DNA from: Octopus bimaculoides
Taxonomy: Eukaryota
Direction: 5' to 3'
Assembly: GCF_001194135.2 (NCBI RefSeq)
Contig: NC_068984.1
Coordinates: 50,402,471-50,447,592 of the forward strand
Length of the DNA stretch: 45,122 bases
Shown: piece by piece, positions 1 to 11,223 of the stretch
Layout: each line of letters begins with the position of its first letter
Numbering within the stretch: the first letter of the stretch is position 1
Notes under the pieces: generated by a model
Told to the model about the DNA's origin: nothing
Database searches by the model: none
What the model saw: only the letters and a program-made list of their open reading frames with translations
Program-made: the position numbers and the translations under genes

Positions 1-66
1 AAAAAAGCTCTACTTTGTAATTTGTCCATTTTCTGTATTTAGCCCTGTGTGGCTATAATAAAAAGA
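1..66 (+). mobile_element. Possible 3' terminus of a LINE (3' UTR with AATAAA), cut by the window edge
   Basis: CTCTACTTTGTAATTTGTCC...AGCCCTGTGTGGCTATAATAAAAAGA runs directly into a microsatellite. It resembles recalled octopus LINE 3' ends; no coding evidence inside the window. Confidence 0.3.
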
Positions 67-72
67 TATCTA

Positions 73-126
<54 letters not shown>
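73..126. repeat. (CTAT)n microsatellite
   Basis: Direct reading. Confidence 0.98.
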
Positions 127-127
<1 letters not shown>

Positions 128-728
128 ATATTCTCCTCACCCTCTCTCTCTACTTTTCAAATTACAATGTGCCATATTACAAAGAACGGATACATTACAT
201 AACGCAGTTATATGTTCACAACTGGAATATACTTGACCATATGTCTTTTCAAACGGCGTTCAGTGGAGGATAAATAACAACAACTAAGAAATACAACTTC
301 AACTGTTGTATACAGTCCTATATACCCTTAAAGATATTGGATGGCCATGGCTGCAATACCTTTGATTATAGGCTCATTCTATCGGTCTTCACTGGGAGCT
401 AAACAGCAACGACAACTTGAATTACTCGTTCTCGTTTCGGCAACTGTTGGAATGTGGTGCATACGCAGGACAAGAATCTTCCAGAATTTGTTTAATTATT
501 CAGTATATTAATGTTGTTGAAGAAAGTCATAGGTTGACATATTCTCTTCGGAGCAGGATTTGAGCATTGGTTTCATGGAAGGAGGACAAATTTGGTATGA
601 GATAATTATATTATATGTAGGTGACATCAGGGTGTGGAAGCTTAAGAAAAAATAAATGTTTGTATTGAAGTTTTTCAAGCTGGCTCAAGTTACACAAGGA
701 AATACTTTTAATGTTAAGCTTAACAGGA

Positions 729-884
729 ATGGCTGCGTGGTAAGTAGCTTGCTTACCAACCACATGATTCCGAGTTCAGTCCCACTGCGTGGCACCTTGG
801 GCAAGTGTCTTCTACTATAGCCTCGGACCGACCAAAGCCTTGTGAGTGGATTTTGTAGACGGAAACTGAAAGAAGCCTGTCGTA
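729..884 (+). mobile_element. tRNA-derived SINE family A, 5' half
   Basis: tRNA-like head GGCTGCGTGGTAAG...GAGTTCAGTCCC (A/B-box-like), then CACCTTGGGCAAGTGTCTTCTACTATAGCC...GGAAACTGAAAGAAGCC. Matches the reverse complement of 44723-44882. Confidence 0.85.
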
Positions 885-2461
885 AAAGATGACTTTATAA
901 CTGAGAAAATATGGTCGACTGTATTTGAAGTCAGGGCTCAAGGTAACCAAAGCATCAGTAATGTCAGTGTAAGACCCCCCCCCAAAAAAAAAACTGTATG
1001 CATTGAAGCTGTCGAGGGTAACAAATTTAAAGAATAGCAATTGAAGAAAGACGTACATGATCTTGGACAATTTGAAGAGCTTCACGAAGGGTAGATGCAG
1101 CAAACGAACTAAAATATTTGACGCGAAGAGACTTTGGAGACGGGGTAACTGGAACATTCTATTCTCGATGACCAGCATCACCATCTTTCTGAAAAACAGT
1201 AGGATATACAATATAACCTCGAAATCATGCTGGAATGTGGAATGTAAATTGGACAACAGAATGATTCTTAACAGAACACTGTTTCTATACTTCCTCAACT
1301 CATTGCTAAATCAATAGTTAGACCATTAAGCTGAAATAAATAACACAGCTATTAATTTACATGCGTCTTATTTCTTTGCATTATTTTACCGCTCCCACAA
1401 CGGTTTCTGGTGCTCTGAAAAACAGAGCAATGTAAACCAACAGCATTGATTTCATCCACCTATCCTCTTCCGATCTAATGACTATTAGCATGCTGGACTA
1501 ACACGCTGTCAGTTAAAATAAAAGCGCCTGCTTGTAAAAGAAATATTAACTGGCCTGTTGATATTTACATCTTTGTTAAAGAATAAAGGGTGAAACTGAA
1601 TCCATATATTTATACATGCATATGTGTGTGCGTGTGTATGTGTGTGTTGCTCAATCTACACATGGTAATGCTTTTTATGCTATGGTTAACATACTTCAAT
1701 ACTAAGTTAAGAGAAAACTTGGTATTGCAGGCATCAATAAATATTCTAGTAAACATTATCTAAATCAATTGAATTGAACGGTAAGTGAAATCGATATGTA
1801 GAGCATGGAAGAAATATTTAGCCTTGCTGTATTCTTTGGACTTTTGAGATGAGCAGGTTTAAGAATTATTATAGAAATGCATATGCTGTCTAAACATCGC
1901 ATATAACTTAAGGCTTAGTGCGTAGTTAATATTTCATATGAAATAAACTAGTTAAATTTTCCCTTGAAGTATACGCCTAATGATCTGTCAATGTTATATG
2001 TCCGAGATTATTTCTGACGTCTAGGGAAACAGAGAAAGTATAGAATACAGTGTACTGCTCAGGAATTCAACAAAACATCAACAGTTGATTTGAACTCTTG
2101 ACATAGGAAATATATTAAAAAAAAAAAATGTACTATATTCTCTCGGACACATTTATGTCACCATATGGGTTACATTAATAGCAGGCAAGTGGAAAGTTGA
2201 CGTTTGAAGCTTTTCACTCTTAGTCAATATCATTGGACTTAACGAGTGCTGTTTAATCGAGTTCTCTCTGTCTCTATATCTCTCTAGATAGATTCAGTCA
2301 GTTTGGATTTGTTAAAACTGTGTGGCTAGACTGTTCAACTCGGAGATATTAACAAAGCATTCCCTCAACAACAAAAATTCAGATACATACAGATACAGAA
2401 GGCAAATCACAACACGTTTGCTTACATAAACAAATATATATGTGAATGTATGTAAGCATGT

Positions 2462-2515
2462 ATGCACGTGTGTGTGTATGTATGTGTGTGTGTGTGTATG
2501 TGTGTGTGTGTGTGC

Positions 2516-2564
<49 letters not shown>

Positions 2565-2610
2565 CATACATACATACATACATACGTACATACATACATA
2601 CATACATACA
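2462..2610. repeat. Compound (TG)n/(TA)n/(TACA)n microsatellite
   Basis: Direct reading; source of several spurious ORFs. Confidence 0.98.
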
Positions 2611-2765
2611 ATGCAAATGCGATATTTGTATATATGCAAACAAAATTCTTTAGGCTAACCAGTCTGAAACTTAATCTTCGATGCTCAGATCATCTGTCAG
2701 AGAGGCGGCTTAAAGTCTCCTTCTTCACAATCCGCATCGTCACCATCCTCTTCAACAAACATCAG

Positions 2766-2766
<1 letters not shown>

Positions 2767-2798
<32 letters not shown>
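2767..2798. repeat. (CAA)n microsatellite
   Basis: Direct reading. Confidence 0.95.
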
Positions 2799-3023
2799 AA
2801 GGAACATCAATTGCAACTACTACTAATAATAATAAAGCCAGAGCTACAACGACTTTTAAAATCTAGGACGTTTCAGTATTCAGATCCGTCTTTTAATTCA
2901 TGCTAAGTCTGTTTTCACTTATGTCTACTTAATCGGGACAAACCTATCCTAGACGCGTATGCGCATATGAACAAGTGTACTGCATGAACGTATGTGTGTA
3001 TGTGTATGTATGAGGGGAATATA

Positions 3024-3027
<4 letters not shown>

Positions 3028-3093
<66 letters not shown>

Positions 3094-3110
3094 TATGTAT
3101 GTATTTATGC
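3028..3110. repeat. (TG)n microsatellite
   Basis: Direct reading. Confidence 0.97.
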
Positions 3111-3169
3111 ATATATGTAATTTGTGCTTGCACAGATTTGAAGATATATAAGATGTCCTAGGATTTGTT

Positions 3170-3204
3170 GATGACAACAAAGATTGTGGTGCTGGTGGTG
3201 GTGG

Positions 3205-3252
<48 letters not shown>

Positions 3253-3268
3253 CGACGATGATGATGAC

Positions 3269-3309
<41 letters not shown>

Positions 3310-3345
3310 CGACGACGAGGAGGAGGAGGAGGAGGAGGAGAATTG
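3170..3345. repeat. Compound (GGT)/(GAT)/(GAC)/(GAG) trinucleotide array
   Basis: Direct reading. Confidence 0.97.
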
Positions 3346-3573
3346 GTGTGCATTCGGTGATGGTGATTGTGGGCGTCAACAATCGAAACAGATAGTTTAT
3401 AACATGACAGCAACAAAGTAATTTACCGTGTATATCTAGAATCTAAATTCTAGATTCATAAATCCCTGCTAAGTCCGGAGAAGTATTTCGGCGTTAAAGG
3501 AGACATGAGCATAATCTACATAAACTCTAGGCATTGATGATCTCCGTCAAACTGAACCCGCATCTGTACATGT

Positions 3574-3816
3574 GGATGCGTGCGGTTTAGTGTTTAGGTT
3601 GTTGGACTCGTGATCGTAAAATTGTGGTTTCGATTCCTGGACAGCACGTTGTGTTTTTTGAGGAAAATTCTTCATTTCACGTTCCTCCAGTCCACTCAGC
3701 TGAGAAAAATCAATTATTCTTCGACGGACCGGCGTCCCGTCCAGGTGGGGAATATATACGCCATAGAAACCAAGAGGCCGGACCATATGAGTCGGTATGA
3801 CTCAAGAGCGTAACTT
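3574..3816 (+). mobile_element. tRNA-derived SINE family B
   Basis: tRNA-like head GGATGCGTGCGGTTTAGTG...GGTTTCGATTCCTGG, followed by CCAGTCCACTCAGCTG and CGACGGACCGGCGTCCCGTCCAGG. A related head lies at 22050. Confidence 0.75.
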
Positions 3817-3861
3817 AAACTCTTTTTACATCTGTACATGAATCCAATTTCTCTCTTCCCC

Positions 3862-3958
3862 CCTCTCTCTCTCTCTCTCTCTTTCTCTCTCTGTATACTT
3901 TATATTCGTGTTCGTGATTCATGTCCCTGTGGGCGTATATACACGTGCAAACGTGCAT

Positions 3959-4021
<63 letters not shown>

Positions 4022-4062
4022 CATACATATACATATGTGTGTGTCAGTGTGTGTATGTGTCT

Positions 4063-4105
<43 letters not shown>
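3862..4105. repeat. (CT)n, (CA)n and (TG)n microsatellite cluster
   Basis: Direct reading. Confidence 0.95.
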
Positions 4106-4107
<2 letters not shown>

Positions 4108-4589
4108 GTATAGTTCATATGTTTCTATGGTAAAAAAAAATGACTGTGATAGATTTGATAAACTATTCTCACATTTGTTGCCTTCTGCTAATGTTGAAAT
4201 CTCTACAATAATATCAATTTCGAACATAAAGCTCATGGTCTCAGACTTGGGGAGAGGCTGAAAGTCTATTTAAACGTCCCGATATTTGACTAGTATTTAT
4301 GGAAAATTAATAGTTGCCCATGCATGCAAATTCCCCCCCTCTTTCCGCCACCGATACTTTCGAAGAAGGTTGTAAACCCAATATATCTTAGAGTTAGTTT
4401 TGTCACAGTCGTTCGCATCAGAGCATACGGTAGTAGAGCCTATAGCGCAAGGCATTCTATTCAATACTCTAACGCCTGTCTCAGCTCACCTCTTTCACAG
4501 ATGCACACATATATAATAAATCACACACACACATATGTGTGTGTTTGTGTATTAACGTATTTATGTATCTATATATCTCTATCTACATA

Positions 4590-4826
4590 TAAACAGACAG
4601 ACTGACAGATAGACAAACAGACAGGCAGACAGACAGACAGACATACATACAGACAGACAGACAGACAGACAGACAATAAGACAGACAGACAGATAGATAG
4701 ATGGATAGATAGACTGACAGACACAAGCACATATATTGAATATATGCATAAATAAACATGTGCATGAATAAAGAGATAGCTTTCCCTCTCTCTCTCTCTC
4801 TCTCTCCCTCTCTCTCTCTCTCTCCC

Positions 4827-4903
<77 letters not shown>
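4590..4903. repeat. (CAGA)n/(GATA)n and long (CT)n microsatellites
   Basis: Direct reading. Confidence 0.95.
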
Positions 4904-4904
<1 letters not shown>

Positions 4905-5621
4905 ATATACAGCAACAACTCGACTGGTGTCGGCGATCGTTACAGAGACAAGCTACACCTACTTAGAGAAAATGCAATGATCAGAAGATACTGCTTTTGT
5001 TCACTTGAACATTCGTTCATTCACTAGCTTTACCATTAAATTAATCAAAGTCTTGAGACAGCATGATTTCGGCTATCAAGCGCCTCCGGTGATTAAGTTT
5101 GACCATACATATGCACGTGTATGCACAAGCTTGGGTAAAATATGTTTGAGGTAAACAGTTGTCAATGCATGCAAGATTACTCTCTCCATCTTCACATCAT
5201 CGCCATCTGCCCAAAGGAAAACACCACTGACTTGCTCACATACTGCATGGCACCAGGGCCTTGGAAGGCGTTGGTACCAGAACGCAAAGAATCGTAACAG
5301 ATACCGCAAAACATTTGGCCTATCCCTCGAAGGAATCCTGAAATTCCACCAGCCTGAATTGGTACTTTAATTGTATAAAGTCTTAAAAATAAAAGACTAA
5401 GTCCCCCACTCATCAACACTATATCTCCCTAAAGTTGATGAGTCCCTCCTTTTTAGTATTCCTTTGATTTATAAGCCAGTAATTAAGATACCCATCAGCC
5501 ATTAGACGGTGCCCTGAATATATTAAAGAGTTTATTTGGATACAGACGTATTCGTTGTAAAACAAGAGCAATTTCCTACCCATCATAATTTATGTTGGTA
5601 ATAGTCTTTTTTTTTTTACGA

Positions 5622-6620
5622 GAACACCAGGTCAAGTGGGAAGCTGTTTAGTCTGTCAAGGCTGAAAGCAAAATCCAAGATGCGTCAGGTACTCGTTAGA
5701 GAAATGCTGTTCGCAGACGATGCAGCACTGACAGTACATTCTAAAGAGAAAATGCAGTACTTCGTGGACAAATTCTCAAAGGCCTCTCAGGAATTCAACC
5801 TGGCTATCAGTCAGAAGAAGACCCAAATAATAGGTCAAAGTGTCGATCACGCCCCCACCATCACTATCAATAACTACAAGCTAGTGGTAGTCCATCGATT
5901 CACTTATCTCGGCTCTACCATCGCTGATAACCTCTCTCTGGACCCTGAGATCCACAGGCGAATTGGACAAGCATCCTCCACATTTTCCAGGCTTACAAAG
6001 AGAGTCTCGGCAAACAAAAAACTGGCTACAGACCTCTACTCTAGACAAGAGCGGCGTTTCAACGTTTTACCATCGCAATTTGAGACGCATCTTGGACATC
6101 AAATGGACCGACCACATCACCAACACCGAAGTCCTCAACCGAGCCGAAATACCCAGCATACACATCTTGCTCTAGCAGCGTCATTTGCGCTGGCTTGGTA
6201 ATGTTCATCGCTTGCCAGACAGAAGGATCCCCAAAGACCTCTTGTATGGGGAATTGGCTACCGGCACAAGAGCACGAGGACGACCTCATCTTCATTTCAA
6301 AGATGTCTGTAACAGAGATATGAAGTCAACTGATCTCGATACCCTTAGATAAGAGGAGATTGAAAATGATCACCCACACTGGAGGCAAATACTGCGAAAG
6401 GGAATGAAGAGAGCGGAAGAAAAGCAGGTACTCGCCGTCAAAGAAAAGCGCACTCGACAGAAGGAAAAGTCATCAGCACCGGCAGAGAGCTCCTTCAAAT
6501 GCAGTTGCTGTATTCGTGACTGCCACTCCCATGTGGGCCCGTACAACCGCAACAGACTCTGCACCACCATCAGCAGCTGACACGATTTCTTTGGTCGCAG
6601 ATACATGGCCTCTCGAGACT
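5622..6620 (+). mobile_element. 5'-truncated RTE-clade LINE (RT C-terminus to 3' end), decayed
   Basis: Translation gives TRSSGKLFSLSRLKAK...REMLFADDAAL...FTYLGS...RWLGNVHRLPDRRIPKDLLYGEL...FKCSCCIRDCHSHVG, which is typical of RTE/BovB. It has frameshifts and stops and ends in a (TATG)n tail at ~6620-6660. Confidence 0.95.
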
Positions 6621-8634
6621 ATGTATGTACTACTATGTATGTATGTATGTATGTATGTGCACCCGTGCGTGTTTGTATTTATGCATATTGCAGGGAGGCG
6701 TGTTTGTATGTGTAGGAAGCTAACGATTAAAGAGATCAGTAGCGTCTTATCTAGACACACTATCGCATGTGTTGAGGTAACTCATCCTTTCTCATTGTCA
6801 TTCAACACTAGTGTTCTTCAGCTTTCAGTTATATCTTCCACACTTTTACTTCTATACATCCAACAAATCCCACTCTATTGCAGACAACAAAACTCTTCGT
6901 ACCTCTCTAATTATCTCTAAACGTGCATCATCTACACGCAGCCTAGACGACTCGCAGTGAACCTGCGTTGATTCCATAAATAACAGCTTTGAGAGAATCG
7001 TTCATTGCTACCATACAACACTTGCTTTTTTAACAAAAACGAAAAACCTCAAGCACAACTCATATCAAGAAAACACTACCGCACCACATCCCCACTAAAC
7101 ATGAACTGTAAGCAGATAGAGACCACACACTCACTCCCAATATTGGACTTCTGTGTCACAGAGAATCATTTCTGACTAAAGTGTAGCCCTATTAGAGCTA
7201 GCATTCACAAACACTGGTCTTGTTTTCAATGTTAATTAAAACTTCAGCTGTCAACTGCTGATGAGGCATACAGCAAGTGACATTTGAGCCACACAGTGGA
7301 GTACTGCGCTTATATCTACTTCGCGCATGCTCACCCTGAGCTGCATCCACAGAAGAGTCACTGAATTGAATTCAGTCACTGAAGGACACACTCTAACCCC
7401 TGGTCCACAAATACGTAGTCTCTTCTCTTTGTCTTTTCTATCACTAAGCTTCAAACGCCTCTGTTCCTCAGAGCTGGTTGGTCTCATACCTCCACCACTC
7501 AGAATCCTGTCCCATTTGTCTTTCATCTTCTCACTACTCTAAGCACTTTTGATAACCTTTGAGCCACTTTAACCCCCATTCTCACTCCTTTATCTCTGGT
7601 GCATCTGCTCTACCCATCTGGAAGCATATCTCTACGTATATCTTCCCTGCAGGTTTTGAACTGCAGCAATATAAGCGGAACGTTAATAGCATCAAACTCA
7701 TTTGTTCCGGAGTACTTGCACAACTTGCAATCACTGGCCCACCACCTTTTCCAGACTCAACAAAAAAAAATCTCATATATATGTATACATACATATGCGC
7801 GCATGTGTGTGTTTGTGTATATGAGATGCATTGTATATATGTATATATGTACGCATGTATTCATGTATAAATATCTGTAGGCGTTAACTGAATTATTCCT
7901 GAGTGCGTGTGCATGTTTTGAAGCATATAAAGATGCATACTATATTATTACATCACGAGCGAACGTTATGAGTTTTAAAGCCTACATAACCTTATCAACC
8001 TATTCAATATGAAAATGACCTTGTACATATTTTCACTAGAAGTTATTAGATTACGAAAGACGAAGTATGTCATTGGTATTGTTTACTAAACATTCTATAA
8101 TTTCTACTTAATGTTTATACGACTATATTTGCCACTTCTCATATGTATTATATTTCATGTAGCATTTAACTAATCTCCCCATGTATATAATTATGTATAT
8201 ATACACAGACATATATATGTATATATATATGAGTGCGCGTGTATGTGTGTGTGTGTGTNNNNNNNNNNNNNNTATATATATATATATATGCATATTTGTA
8301 TATATATATGAGTGCGCGTGTATGTGTGTGTGTGTGTGTGTGCGTGCGTGTGTTTTACTCTTTACAGATCAGATCTCCCTTATGTTGTCATAATATGGTT
8401 TGTTGTTTTGAGACATTTATATAAATAAGTAATTTCAAAAGGTTTGATTAATGCATAAAAATATGCATAACTATAAAAACAGAAAACATCACTTGTTCAT
8501 ATACGATATGAATCACCACAACAAAATAGCATGTTTTCGTAAATTTTATATGATACGTTATAATATACTCTATTATAAATACACACGCTTACTCCTCTAA
8601 CACATACAGACGGATACCACCACACGTTATATAC

Positions 8635-8676
<42 letters not shown>

Positions 8677-8924
8677 TTCTGTATGATATATATATATACT
8701 ATGGTGTTCGTCTTGAGACAGCATCTCATAGTGATGTATAGTGTTAAAACGCACAAAATAATATCAGCATTTCACGTAAAGCATCCAGCAGCATGTGCTT
8801 TTAAGCAATATACGTCCATACGAGATGCTTTCTCCAAACGGATGCCACTGTTTCCGGCCTTTCTTCAGTATATTGACATTAAGGAAGATATGCAGTGTGC
8901 TATTTTGAACAAATACTAATCCCA

Positions 8925-9047
8925 TCACTTAAGTGCTTACAAACTCCATGCTTCCCAGTTCAGTCCCATTGGGTAACACCTTCAGCAAGTGCCTATTATA
9001 ACTCTGATCTGATCAATCCCTTGTGAGAGAATTTGGAAGACGATACA

Positions 9048-9088
<41 letters not shown>

Positions 9089-9310
9089 ATATATATCTAC
9101 GTACAAAAACGCACACACACTCACACACGCATACACACATACATATGCATATATACGTATATATCTCAGTGTATTTGTGCCTGTGATTGTCCCTCTCAAC
9201 GCTTCACAAACAGTGTTGGTACGTTTATGTTCCCGAAAATTAGCGGTTCGCCAAGAGAGCTTGATAGAATAAGTATCAGATTTCAAGAAATGAAAAGCAC
9301 TGAGAAGTTG
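8925..9310 (+). mobile_element. Degenerate SINE family A with internal (TG)/(CA) microsatellite
   Basis: 5' half (AGTTCAGTCCCA...CACCTTCAGCAAGTG) and 3' half (TTAGCGGTTCGCCAAGAGAG...GATAGAATAAGTA) are separated by a microsatellite, the same layout as the copy at 44480-44882. Confidence 0.7.
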
Positions 9311-9329
9311 ATTCATTCCTACTGCGCTG

Positions 9330-9410
9330 TTCCTTTGGCAAGTGTCGCCAACCAAAGACTTATGAATTAATTTGGTAAACGGAAACTGTGTGGAAGCCCG
9401 TCGTATATAT
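9330..9410 (+). mobile_element. SINE family A fragment (end of 5' half)
   Basis: TTTGGCAAGTGTC...TTTGGTAAACGGAAACTGTGTGGAAGCCCGTCGTATATAT. Confidence 0.6.
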
Positions 9411-9411
9411 G

Positions 9412-9668
9412 AAGAAGGTAGGTATGACTTATGATGAAGTTAATGTAGTTAAAATGGCTACGAAATCGTTGATTAGACATAATAATAAATTGTAGGCTAG
9501 GAAGGATGCTAGGGACTATTTTGAGATACCAATGGGGGAACCCGATTCAGCACAGGTAACTGATTTAGTAGGTATATATTTATTATCAGAACTTCAATTG
9601 GAAAACTTAAAATTAGAGGGTGGTTTATGTAGGGATGACCTTTTATTATTAACTAAGAATTTTGACAC
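9412..9668 (+). mobile_element. Penelope-like element RT fragment (YRDDG-type lineage)
   Basis: One frame reads KMATKSLIRHNNKL*ARKDARDYFEIPMGEPDSAQVTDLVGIYLLSEL...GGLCRDDLLLL, matching the PLE motif [22 protein letters not shown]...GLYRDDGL. Confidence 0.85.
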
Positions 9669-9704
9669 AAATGACGACGGCATCAAATTGCTGTAGAGTA
9701 TAAT

Positions 9705-9911
9705 TTAATCTATTTTACGATCTCTGACGGGCCCCAGCGCTTTCCTATTCATCCTATTTTTATTTTCCTGAAGACAATATGTGCAAATATTCGGATTATG
9801 CATCAACGTCTTCAATCTCATTAGCATACGTAAGACTTCAAACTCATGGATATTTGCGTCTCTTAGAAAATTCCCGATTATATCAATCAATTTTTTTCCG
9901 GTCAAATACAC
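9705..9911 (-). mobile_element. Possible PLE GIY-YIG C-terminal fragment
   Basis: LRDANIHEFEVL...NICTYCLQEN resembles the LKDKNI...CxLCLxEK end of YRDDG-type PLEs; weak match. Confidence 0.4.
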
Positions 9912-10860
9912 ATTGAGTCAACCCACAATCCATCCCAGATTGACAGCCATATGAAAATTATATTAATGTACTAGTTTAAATCTCACGAAGGTCAGTATGT
10001 ACTTTCATCCCTTTGGTTTCGCTTTAATAAAAATAAAAAAACTGAAGTACCAGGCTCCATCTAATTGACTGTATGCATCCACCCAAAGTTGTGGCTTATT
10101 CTTTCGTGCTTAAAATCAACATTGGCACAAATCCATACATTTTGTGAGAGAAAATCGATTAAATCGATGGCAATACTTTTTCATAACATGAACCCAAGCT
10201 GGCTTTGAACTCATCATGTAAAGGAATATAACAAAATACCTGATAAATGTTTTGTTGCCACCTGCTGCCTTTGTAGTGTTACTACATTTATGATAGTAAG
10301 GTCTTTATTAAAATACCTTCCCAGAAGACCGATATAATCCCATACTCCTGCGGCGATAACACACTTCTATATTTAAACATCATTTTACCTGCAACAAAGA
10401 CAATAAATAAAATTGCGTTCTTAGCATTATCAAGCATTCAAGTAAGTCTCATTCTGTCCGGTCTTTTGAAAACAGTCTTCCCCAACAACCACCATCAAGT
10501 ATGAAATGGCGAAACATAATTTAACGAAAGTTTTCATGACTATTTACAACACAATAATGCACTAGCCGAGGAACGGTCTGACTTTTCAATGCGCTATTCC
10601 ATAGAGTATTCTGTTTATAAGTATAAATTGATTTTTACAACCTCTCTACAGTTACATCACTGTAGTTTAAGTCGCTAGCATGTGCCATTCAATATTCTAC
10701 GCAGTTACCATTTTTCTACACCCTTCCGCCACAGACAGACTCGTTAGTGTAGTGTTGTTGCTTGCTTAAAGCACTCTAAATTCGTCTCAATACTAGTTCC
10801 TTACGAGGTTTTTTAGATGGTCATGTTACAGAAGAGAATGATGGGTGTACGTTGTCTTTG

Positions 10861-11223
10861 TAGTGGTCTATGTAGCTAAATAGTTGAATGATCTCCCTTT
10901 CAAGAAAGTTCAGAGATAGAAAATGTAGAAATAACAGCTAATTGGTGGTTTTCAGTCATGTGGCGTAGAGAAATAGACGGACGCAGCAATGACGCGAATA
11001 GCTCTAAGTCTAATCGACTAAGCGAAGAGCAGGGTTAGCAAGCTGTTTTCATTAATGGAACGCTAGACATTCTAGAAACTTCCAAGAGAAACGCTTAGCT
11101 TCTTGAATGATTAAGAATCACGTCTCAAGATACAGATGCTTCGAGAAACTTAGTAAAGGGAGATTACTCTATAAACCTTTTTGCATGAGAGATCATTCAA
11201 CTATTTAGCTACATAGACCACTA
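10861..11223. mobile_element. Non-autonomous TIR element (MITE), probable TA target duplication
   Basis: Perfect 35-bp inverted repeat TAGTGGTCTATGTAGCTAAATAGTTGAATGATCTC at 10861-10895 and 11189-11223, extending imperfectly inward; no internal ORF. Confidence 0.85.

Noticed and set aside
729-800. tRNA-like sequences (also 3574, 19166, 22050, 44882)
   Set aside because: They are SINE heads that continue into repeat bodies; no complete cloverleaf, so not tRNA genes.
885-1317. Moderately complex stretch with ORFs 753-1298 (-) and 1057-1317 (+)
   Set aside because: No recognisable motif; the minus ORF runs through a SINE and no splice structure is evident.
5160-5400. Possible decayed R4-type C-terminus (HIIAICP...EI..A.IGTL)
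   Set aside because: The motifs are scattered over frames and too weak to call without an alignment.
7180-7650. GC-elevated region with several 70-100 aa ORFs
   Set aside because: No domain recognised; probably an old element.
8221-8340. Apparent tandem duplication ATATATGAGTGCGCGTGTATGTG on both sides of a gap
   Set aside because: Most likely overlapping contig ends (assembly artefact).
8848-8870. Minus-strand CTGAAGA-AAGGCCG-GAAAC hammerhead-like string
   Set aside because: Stem II is too short to close, and there is no stem I or PLE context.
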